A program made the position numbers and the translations under genes. Below, one piece after another: positions 7,805-15,111 of a stretch of 20,089 bases of DNA. The notes beneath the pieces were generated by a model. That model was not told the DNA's origin. It saw only the letters and a list, made by a program, of their open reading frames with translations, and did no database searches. The stretch's first letter is position 1. The number at the start of each line of letters is the position of its first letter. Origin of the DNA: Armatimonadota bacterium (GTDB lineage Bacteria; Armatimonadota; UBA5829; DTLH01); the NCBI GenBank assembly GCA_039680575.1, contig JBDKSP010000032.1, positions 1-20,089 of the forward strand, in the 5' to 3' direction.

Positions 7805-8158
7805 CTTCGGCGCGATTTTTGCGCCGAAGCCTGCTTATTGGATTAGTGAATGTCGTGCTTCGGGACGAACTGCGGTCTCGAAGCATAAAATAATACACGC
7901 AGCCCGACATTATCGATACTACTCATGGGGCATGGATGCCCAAGAAACAAGACCTGGGCATGATCCCCAGGTCCATCAAGTCTCCACCATTCGCGTTAAT
8001 TCGCCAAATCCGCGTAATTCGCGTTTCAAAATGACGGATAGTGAATGTCGATGAAAAAGCGGAAGCTAACGCTTCCGCACTCCAAAGGAATTAGTGGAGA
8101 CTCGTGCTTCGGGATGTTATCCCGAAGCATAAAATTCTGTTCCCTGTGATCTGTTCCC
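7805..8158. repeat. Cluster of REP-like palindromes and short repeats
   Basis: Hairpins at 7805-7829, 7856-7885, 7928-7941, 7951-7973, 8059-8078 and 8105-8129. The 7856 and 8105 units share TCGTGCTTCGGGA...CGAAGCATAAAAT. Confidence 0.8.
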
Positions 8159-8952
8159 TACTCTTCTATCCTGAGCGTCAGGCATCTTGCCGAGCCGCCG
8201 GCTTTCAGGAACTCAGAGAGCGGGATCTCTATGCATTCATAACCGCGTGAGGCGAGTTCGGCGCATAACCTCTTGCTTGTGTTGTTCATCACGACATACT
8301 TGTCTACAACTACAGCATTGCAGGAGAAGTCACGCGCTTCCTCTTCGGTGACTCCGATTGCATCCGGGAACCGGTTCCTCAGCACCGCGAGCGAATATTC
8401 ATCGAACGCTCTGGGGTAGTACATCGCCGTATCGCCAACCGGGCAGAGGCAGGTGTCCAGATGATAGAACCGGTCATCGACAAGCCTTATCGGCAGCACT
8501 TCGCTTCCGATAAGCTCCGATACCTCAGTAAGCGCCTGCGGAGCGCTTCTATAGAAATAACCGCCGAACCATGTGTCTTTTGCCTTCAGTACATCGCCGG
8601 CTCCTTCGCACAAATAGCCATCGCGAAGCCGTTTGATCTGATAACCGCGGTCCTCGAACCACTTTGTGAAGTACGCCGACTCACCCTGCCGCTCCGGGTG
8701 TTTGAACACGGACGGGATGAACAGCCTGCTGTGGACCACACCGGCATTGGCGGTAAAAACCAGGTCAGGAAGCCCTTTCTCAGGCTCCATCAGCTCTATT
8801 TCTGTATTGGGAAGGGACTTCAGCGTTTCGTACAGCCGGTTCCACTGCTCTTTCGCAAGCTCAATGTCCACAGGGTGGTCCCGGTCCATCCACGGGTTGA
8901 TCTCATAGGACACTTCATAATATGTGGGAGGACACATCAGGAATTTCGTCAT
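8158..8952 (-). CDS. Amidinotransferase/DDAH-family enzyme resembling the arginine dihydrolase domain of cyanobacterial ArgZ/AgrE
   Basis: LMCPP..Y...YEINPWM, PDLVFTANAG, ERQGE, EGAGD, RFYHLDTC and EFLKAGGSARCLTL. Confidence 0.85.
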   Translation of the reverse strand: MTKFLMCPPTYYEVSYEINPWMDRDHPVDIELAKEQWNRLYETLKSLPNTEIELMEPEKGLPDLVFTANAGVVHSRLFIPSVFKHPERQGESAYFTKWFEDRGYQIKRLRDGYLCEGAGDVLKAKDTWFGGYFYRSAPQALTEVSELIGSEVLPIRLVDDRFYHLDTCLCPVGDTAMYYPRAFDEYSLAVLRNRFPDAIGVTEEEARDFSCNAVVVDKYVVMNNTSKRLCAELASRGYECIEIPLSEFLKAGGSARCLTLRIEE

Positions 8953-10166
8953 ACCTGCTCCTCCCTGAGCTTACCGGCAACCTCCTGCATGAAGAGCGCC
9001 GCGTCAGTGACCACGCCGACAGCCTGGTGGGTGCCTCTATCCGAGAGCTTAGTCACTACCGCTGAATTGATGTCAACGCAGAGCACGTGAACCGAAGCAG
9101 GCAGAATATTCCCTGTGGCTATCGAGTGGAGCGTCGTCGCGACCATCAGCGCGAGGCCGAGCCCCGGAAGCTGCGCGCGCATCGCGTCCTGCGCTTCGAG
9201 GGTATCCGAAATAACATCAGGAAGCGGGCCGTCATCCCTGATCGATCCCGCGAGCACATAAGGTACTCCTTTGAGCACGCATTCCCTCATGATTCCCTTC
9301 GTCAGCACACCCTGGCGCACCGCTTCGGCGATGCTGCCTATCCGCCTTATCTCATTTACGGCTCTCAGGTGGTGCTCATGCCCATGCGGCGCAAGTTTAC
9401 CTTTTTCAATACTGACGCCGAGGGCTGTACCGTAAAGCGCGCTCTCGATATCGTGCAGAGCCAGCGCATTACCGGCAAAAAGCACGTCGATCCAGCCGTC
9501 ACGGATCATTCCGGCAACAGCTTCGCCCGCTCCGGCATGCACAATCGCAGGACCGCCGACAAGAAGCACCTTCTTACCGAGCTTTTTCGTCTCCCGGATC
9601 AAACGGGCAGCCTCAGCCACCATCAGCGCCTTGGGTTTTTCGCTAGAGACCGCGCTATTCATGAATTCGAACGTTCCATGCGCCTCTCTCCGGCTCGCGG
9701 GCTCGACATATATTCCCTCATGCCCGACAACAACCTGCTGGCCGGGTAGAACATGATTCATTGCAACCGCGCTCGCCCGGCCGTTTTCAACCACAATGCC
9801 GCAGTCCATCTCGATGGGCTCGACCTGTATCCATTTGCCATTGACGCGGATGCTCGTCGGAAGGTTCGTAGTGCAGTAGAAGTGCTCAGGGAAAACTCCC
9901 TCCTTGGGAGCGGACACAAGCACTGCATCCTGTTGATCGACCCGGTTGGCTCCTTCCTGCTCTATATACGCGAGCACATTCTCAAGCTGCTCGCGCGTGG
10001 CTGCCTCTACCCGGATTCGAGCTAGACTGTGGTCGGACCGCGTCTTTCCGACAGTAAACTCCTCGAATTCAAACTGGCCTCCCTGCGCCAGAATACTGTC
10101 CAGCACTCTCGGAAGGCTCAATGAGTCTATTATATGCCCTTTTAACTCTACGACTTCAGACGGCAT
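8949..10166 (-). CDS. TIGR00300-family (LOR/SDH-conserved-domain) protein, ornithine cyclodeaminase-like
   Basis: ELKGHIIDS, FYCTTNLPT, EMDC, FEFMNSAVSSEKP, GNALALHDIE, AGSIRDDGPLP, LHSIATGN and KLSDRG. RBS AAGGAG before ATG 10166; ATGA overlap with the next gene. Confidence 0.88.
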   Translation of the reverse strand: MPSEVVELKGHIIDSLSLPRVLDSILAQGGQFEFEEFTVGKTRSDHSLARIRVEAATREQLENVLAYIEQEGANRVDQQDAVLVSAPKEGVFPEHFYCTTNLPTSIRVNGKWIQVEPIEMDCGIVVENGRASAVAMNHVLPGQQVVVGHEGIYVEPASRREAHGTFEFMNSAVSSEKPKALMVAEAARLIRETKKLGKKVLLVGGPAIVHAGAGEAVAGMIRDGWIDVLFAGNALALHDIESALYGTALGVSIEKGKLAPHGHEHHLRAVNEIRRIGSIAEAVRQGVLTKGIMRECVLKGVPYVLAGSIRDDGPLPDVISDTLEAQDAMRAQLPGLGLALMVATTLHSIATGNILPASVHVLCVDINSAVVTKLSDRGTHQAVGVVTDAALFMQEVAGKLREEQV

Positions 10167-10198
10167 CAACTAATCTCCTTATCGCACTGTGATATTCA

Positions 10199-11068
10199 TC
10201 ACAATATCTCCCTGAAATAATCTGCATCACGCTTCAGGATGGCACCACGTTCCTCTTTCGGGAACCTCCAGAGCGACTCATCCTCAAGGCAGAAATCACG
10301 GTCGTAACCGGCCTTTTCAAGAATGGAAATAACCCTGGCATGGTCGATATCGCCCTCTCTTATCGGGCTCATATACTTTGCGTACTCCCAGCCGAGCTCT
10401 CTCTGAACGTTTCTAAACTCTGCCGGGTAATTGATATTTTTCACATGCGTGTGTTTGGCCTTCGGCGCGAGGTGCTCCAGGATCTCATACACCTTTTCCA
10501 GAGGGAAACCTGCCCAGTAGAAGTTCCCTGTGTCCAGAGTAAGCCCCAGCCTCGGAGATCCCACCTTGTCCATCAGCATGTCGAGGAATTCCGGCTGGTT
10601 CCCCTGGAAACTGTGGTTCTCGATACCCATATCGACATCCAGTCCGTCTGTAGCTTCGAGGACTCTGTCCATAGCTCCGGCAAATATCTCGACCCGCTTT
10701 TCAAGCGGCAGCTCGTTTTCGCCCTGCATAGCCGCATCTATCCTGACTGCAGGCACTTTGAGCTTGGCAGCCGCATTAATCGTCTTAATGACCCAGTTGA
10801 TTTCTCCGTCGAGATCATCCGCCCCGAAGTCTGTGCCCATAAGTAATGCAGAGACCTTGGCGTTTGCCTTAGCAAGCTGATTTTGAAGCTCCGCAAGCCC
10901 TGCATCGCTCGATATATTAGGCCGGTCATTCCCGCCAAAGATAGGGAACACCGTGCAATCCTTTTCTACTATCAGCTCGACAGCATTGAACCCAAGCTCC
11001 TTCAGCCCTTCTGCAATGGATGAAAACCCACCCAAAAAGACTATATCATCTCTAACCGAAGCATACAT
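10199..11068 (-). CDS. Sugar phosphate isomerase/epimerase (xylose-isomerase-like TIM barrel)
   Basis: GIENH, LDTGNFY, HTHVK, GDID and CLEDE metal-ligand motifs; GGAGG RBS before ATG 11068. Confidence 0.85.
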   Translation of the reverse strand: MYASVRDDIVFLGGFSSIAEGLKELGFNAVELIVEKDCTVFPIFGGNDRPNISSDAGLAELQNQLAKANAKVSALLMGTDFGADDLDGEINWVIKTINAAAKLKVPAVRIDAAMQGENELPLEKRVEIFAGAMDRVLEATDGLDVDMGIENHSFQGNQPEFLDMLMDKVGSPRLGLTLDTGNFYWAGFPLEKVYEILEHLAPKAKHTHVKNINYPAEFRNVQRELGWEYAKYMSPIREGDIDHARVISILEKAGYDRDFCLEDESLWRFPKEERGAILKRDADYFREIL

Positions 11069-11248
11069 AATGAAACCTCCATAACTGCGAGAAGTGTTGT
11101 TCTTCAAGAGATTACTTCAGCGGCCGGAAACATTGTTCCTCTTACATTTGCAGGTCGGAATATATCCTATGTGGAGACTATTCACAAATTTGCACACATC
11201 TTCACATTGGGTATTATATCATGGATTAAATAATAACGAAAAGGACGT

Positions 11249-11425
11249 GTAACAGTTCACTCATCCATAGCATGTAAAAAAGTTAAGCATTGTACGAATA
11301 GAAGAAGGTACAAATTGATGGCTTGCCGAAGTAATATGTATGGATACACGAACGAGAGAGGAACTGATAGCGGAAAACGAGCATCTGAAGGAGCGTCTTG
11401 CAGTGCTTGAGGCTGAAGTAGAGAT
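11249..11425 (+). mobile_element. IS66-family left-end remnant
   Basis: GTAACAGTTCACTC(11249-11262) matches the reverse complement of the IS end at 5199-5212 at 13 of 14 positions, and a coiled-coil ORF follows. Confidence 0.65.
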
Positions 11426-11471
11426 CTTCGGGATGACATCCACCCCGTGGGACTACCGGACCACGGGGTGA
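11340..11471 (+). pseudogene. 43-codon ORF: IS66 transposase N-terminal coiled coil reading into repeat DNA
   Basis: MDTRTREELIAENEHLKERLAVLEAEVE has a heptad pattern, then repeat-derived IFGMTSTPWDYRTTG*. Not in the ORF track. Confidence 0.55.
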
Positions 11472-11600
11472 AGCACGAGTCTCCATCAATCCCTTTTTAC
11501 CTTGCTTCGGTTTGCTTGCCACCGAAGCCGACACCGTAGGTGTCGAGAATTTGATAATGCTTTTCGCGTCTTTTGCGCTTCTTCGCGCATTTCGCGATTC
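11426..11600. repeat. Second REP-like cluster (nested palindromes plus TTCGCG array)
   Basis: Inverted copy of the 8096-8127 unit interrupted by ACCCCGTGG..CCACGGGGT(11442-11469); hairpins at 11504-11528 and 11529-11545; TTCGCG-like repeats at 11563-11596. Confidence 0.75.
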
Positions 11601-11704
11601 AGAATCTTTGGACCACCTCGAAATAAGATGCGTTTGCCCTCGGAAAAAGGCGGCTTGTGCTATGCTGCGATTTATGACATAATCATAATAGACAGTAAAG
11701 GATT

Positions 11705-14700
11705 ATGAGTTACAAGGGAAAACCATTGGTTGCTAATTGCAGCCGGTCCACAGGAAGAGATAATTGGAGCGCCAGTTGGATATGGTGTGAAGGAGAAAGC
11801 CGCCCGAGGAATTTCTACCTGCACGCAAGAAAAACGTTCAAGCTCGATAACAAGCCTGAACGCGCCATGCTTCGTATTACCGCGGACAGCCGCTACAAGC
11901 TCTATATAAACGGCAGCTTTGTAGGGCGAGGCCCGGTTCCTTCCGATCCGCACCGGCTTAGTTATGATACATATGATATCGGCGCTTTACTTACAAAGGG
12001 CCAGAATGTAATAGCCATTCTTATTCATCATCTGGGGCAGGGCACATATAGCTACATCCCCGGAAGAGCCGCATTCATCTGCGAAGCGGATATCGAATTT
12101 GAAAACGGGAGTGAGAAGATCGTCACGGACGAGACATGGCGGACTCTTCCCTCCGCTGCATGGACATCATCCGGAGCCCGAATGAGCCGAAGGCTCGGCT
12201 ACCAGGAAGTCTACGATGCCTCACTCGAACCGGAAGGGTGGACAGAGGTAAAGTTCAAAGACGCCAAGTGGCCGCAGGCTGTGGTCCTCGGAAAACACCC
12301 CATGTACCCCTTCGACCGGCTGGTCCCGAGAGATATTCCCAATCTTCACGAAGAATTGGTTTACCCCGCCGCGGTAGTTTCTCTGCATGACTGCCCTTCG
12401 CTTCCGGAAAACCTTTTACCTCAGGATGTGCCGGGGTTTATGGCAAACGAAACCCTCACTCCGCTTGCTGACGGGCGCGTCTCCAAGCCTGAGAGGTTTA
12501 TAAGCGATAAGGATGACGCGGTCACGATAACCGTCCCTCAGTCCGGCGGTGTCTCGGTAATACTCGATTTCGGACGGGAAGTGCACGGAAGCATCGAGCT
12601 TGCATTTACCAGGTCGCACGGCGGCACGGTCGATATCGGTTACAGCGAAGCCCTCGAAGATGGACGGGTGAAACCGAACAAGGATGATATCCGTTATACG
12701 GACCGCCTGCTGCTCCGCAAGGGGAGACAGGTGTGGAGCGGCTTCGAGCCTCGTGGGTTCAGGTACATCCAGCTCGATCTCAGGAATTGTCCCAAACCTG
12801 TCGCGATAAGCCGCGTAGTTGTCCACGAGACTTCCTACCCGGTGGAATGGAAGGGCAGCTTCGAGTCGAGCGACGAGCTCTTGAACAGGATTTGGAAGGC
12901 GGCCGCCGAGACCGCGCGGCTTTCGATGCAGGATACATACATCGACAGCCCCTGGAGAGAGCATGCCCAGTGGTGGGACAACGCAGCTGTCGCATCCAGA
13001 GTCGCGTACTACGTTTTCGGCGATAACATGCTCCTCAAGCAGGGGCTCAGGCACATCGCGGCATCTCAGGACAAAGACGGCGCTATTTACGCGCTCTACC
13101 CGAGCGCAACAAAAGAGCTTTTCCCGGACTTCGGCGCAATCTGGGTGACGAGTGTTTGGGAATGCTATGCGCAGGATGAAGACAAGGGGCTGCTGTCCGA
13201 TCTTTACCCGGCGGTTGTAAAGTGGCTCAGGTGGATTGGGCGGTTTACCGACAGTGACGGGCTTCTAGCAAACGTTCGCGGCGATTTATTCATCGACTGG
13301 GCTGAGATCGACCGGCGAGGCGAGGTCATGGCGCTCAATTGCCTTTATATAGGCGCTTTACGAGCGGCATGCCGGATGGCTGAAACGCTTCAGAGGCGCT
13401 CCGACGCTGAAGAGTGGGCAGGGCTGGCGTCTGCGCTGAAGATGGTGATGGCAAAGTATTTCTGGTCGCCCAACCTGGGGCTTTTCGCGGATGCGCGGAT
13501 AAACGGCAGGCTCGAAGAGCATTATTCCAGGCAGACTAATATCCTGGCAGCGCTCTATGACATCGCCGATCACTATCAGAAATCGTCCATCTACCGGCAG
13601 GTCCTCACTGACCGTTACCTGCCGCCGATAGCGACACCCTATTTTACCTCTGTCCTTGCCGAGGGATTGTTCAGAAGCGGGTATGCAGAGCAGGCTGTGT
13701 CCCTTATCCGTAACAAATGGGGCGGGATGCTCTCGCAGGGCGCTACGACGTTCTGGGAATACCTGACGACCGAAGGCTGCCTCTCTTATGGGGCGGCATC
13801 CGCACCGGCTTATCATCTTCAAGCCTATATTCTGGGCATAAAGCCTTCCGGCGAGCCTAGACGGGTGATAATAGAACCGCACCCTGCCGATTTGGACTGG
13901 GCCAGAGGGGTTGTGCCAACTAAGTCGGGTCCGGTCGCCGTCGATTGGACAATCGGCAAACGCGGAATAATGATGACTGTAGAGGTTCCACGCGGTGTGA
14001 CGGCGGAGTTGATACCACCCAGGCTGAACCAGCCCTGCAGGGTCATCGTCGATGGAAAAGACAGATATGATATCAATATCGAGATCGGTCCGGGAACGCA
14101 TAATATCCAGATAATGAAGGGTGTACCGTCCAGGTCACGCCGCCAGCGGAAACCGGAGCCGGAGATACCGGTAGTCAAACAGCAGCCGCCGGTCCCACCA
14201 GGCAGAGCCGATATAGAGACGGTCGAGCAGATGATCCACATCCTCGCCGAGCTCGAAAGGGAAGCATCCGCTGTAGTTGTCGAAGAGCAGGTAGCCGAAG
14301 AACCGGCTGCTGACAAGCGCAAACGACACCGCAGGCGCGGCAGACGCTCAAAGTCTTCCGCACAGGTCCAGGAAAAGGAAATAACGAGTGAGCCACAGGA
14401 GGCTCCCGCTCCTGAGCCGGTTGCTGAACCGGAAGTGTCTGATACCGAGACGTCCCCAGCGCCGGAAAAGAAGCGTTCGTCGAGGCGTAGAAGAAGAAAG
14501 TCTTCTTCTCAAACCGAAGGACCCGTAGTAACCGTTCAACCAGTGGAAGTTGCAGCCGAACCGGTCATCGAACCAGTTCAACAACTGGAACTACAGCCGA
14601 AAGCCGCCGAAGAGTCCAAGCCCGCCAGACGGCGCAGGCGGCGGCCATCCAAATCACAGCAAGGAGAGGCCAGACCGCAGGCTGAAGAACCATCTGCTCC

Positions 14701-14989
14701 CGTTGCCGTGGAGGCCGCCGGTCAACCAGAGACTTCGGATTCTGCCGAGGCTTCACCCGAGTCTGTACCGGAACGCAAGCGTTCATCCAGAAGGCGCAGG
14801 AGGAAACCGTCCGCGCAGGCAGCCGAGGCTGCGCCGGAAACGGCAGTTGCGGAGGAACCACAGCCGGTCATTGCTGAAGTCGAGCCTCAGGTGGAACAGG
14901 CTGAGGACACCAATGTTAGCGGGAAGAAACCTCAGAAACGGTATCGCCGCCGCAGGACCAAACCCTCGACTCAGGAAGATTCGAAGTAA
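11705..14989 (+). CDS. GH78 alpha-L-rhamnosidase-like protein with a ~290-aa disordered Arg/Glu/Pro-rich C-terminal tail
   Basis: ITADSRYKLYING..VGRGP, EVYDA, LDFGRE, GFRYIQL, LNRIW, DSPWRE, GATTFWE and WARGVVPT..GPV.V.W. Low-complexity tail from about aa 806; no signal peptide. Confidence 0.85.
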   Translation: MSYKGKPLVANCSRSTGRDNWSASWIWCEGESRPRNFYLHARKTFKLDNKPERAMLRITADSRYKLYINGSFVGRGPVPSDPHRLSYDTYDIGALLTKGQNVIAILIHHLGQGTYSYIPGRAAFICEADIEFENGSEKIVTDETWRTLPSAAWTSSGARMSRRLGYQEVYDASLEPEGWTEVKFKDAKWPQAVVLGKHPMYPFDRLVPRDIPNLHEELVYPAAVVSLHDCPSLPENLLPQDVPGFMANETLTPLADGRVSKPERFISDKDDAVTITVPQSGGVSVILDFGREVHGSIELAFTRSHGGTVDIGYSEALEDGRVKPNKDDIRYTDRLLLRKGRQVWSGFEPRGFRYIQLDLRNCPKPVAISRVVVHETSYPVEWKGSFESSDELLNRIWKAAAETARLSMQDTYIDSPWREHAQWWDNAAVASRVAYYVFGDNMLLKQGLRHIAASQDKDGAIYALYPSATKELFPDFGAIWVTSVWECYAQDEDKGLLSDLYPAVVKWLRWIGRFTDSDGLLANVRGDLFIDWAEIDRRGEVMALNCLYIGALRAACRMAETLQRRSDAEEWAGLASALKMVMAKYFWSPNLGLFADARINGRLEEHYSRQTNILAALYDIADHYQKSSIYRQVLTDRYLPPIATPYFTSVLAEGLFRSGYAEQAVSLIRNKWGGMLSQGATTFWEYLTTEGCLSYGAASAPAYHLQAYILGIKPSGEPRRVIIEPHPADLDWARGVVPTKSGPVAVDWTIGKRGIMMTVEVPRGVTAELIPPRLNQPCRVIVDGKDRYDINIEIGPGTHNIQIMKGVPSRSRRQRKPEPEIPVVKQQPPVPPGRADIETVEQMIHILAELEREASAVVVEEQVAEEPAADKRKRHRRRGRRSKSSAQVQEKEITSEPQEAPAPEPVAEPEVSDTETSPAPEKKRSSRRRRRKSSSQTEGPVVTVQPVEVAAEPVIEPVQQLELQPKAAEESKPARRRRRRPSKSQQGEARPQAEEPSAPVAVEAAGQPETSDSAEASPESVPERKRSSRRRRRKPSAQAAEAAPETAVAEEPQPVIAEVEPQVEQAEDTNVSGKKPQKRYRRRRTKPSTQEDSK

Positions 14990-15048
14990 GGTATGCTGTA
15001 AATCTCCACCATTCGCGTAATTCGCATTTAAAGCTGACTCTGACAGCT

Positions 15049-15088
15049 AAAAAGAAGGCCCCGAGGTTCAACCTCAAGGCCTTCTTTT
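15049..15088. terminator. Bidirectional intrinsic terminator
   Basis: AAAAAGAAGGCCCCGAGG-TTCAA-CCTCAAGGCCTTCTTTT with A/T tracts on both sides, between convergent genes; pairs best on the minus strand. Confidence 0.85.
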
Positions 15089-15111
15089 CGTTCTATGCTA
15101 GCTATGGGGAG

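Noticed and set aside
7805..8135. CRISPR array interpretation of the palindrome cluster
   Set aside because: Repeats are not identical, spacing is irregular and there are no cas genes in the window.
8461..10025. Plus-strand ORFs of 209 and 220 aa opposite the arginine genes
   Set aside because: Antisense shadows with no motifs.
11170..11208. CRP/FNR-like TGTG...TCACA sites
   Set aside because: Half-site spacing is 7 rather than 6, or one half-site is poor; not supportable.
14528..14540. GTAACCGTTCA resembling an IS66 terminus
   Set aside because: It lies in frame within the intact GH78 tail with no transposase sequence nearby; likely chance.
12416..15020. Long alternate-frame or antisense ORFs in the GH78 gene (12416..13054, 13358..14101, 14550..15020)
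   Set aside because: Expected by-products of GC-rich, low-complexity coding sequence.
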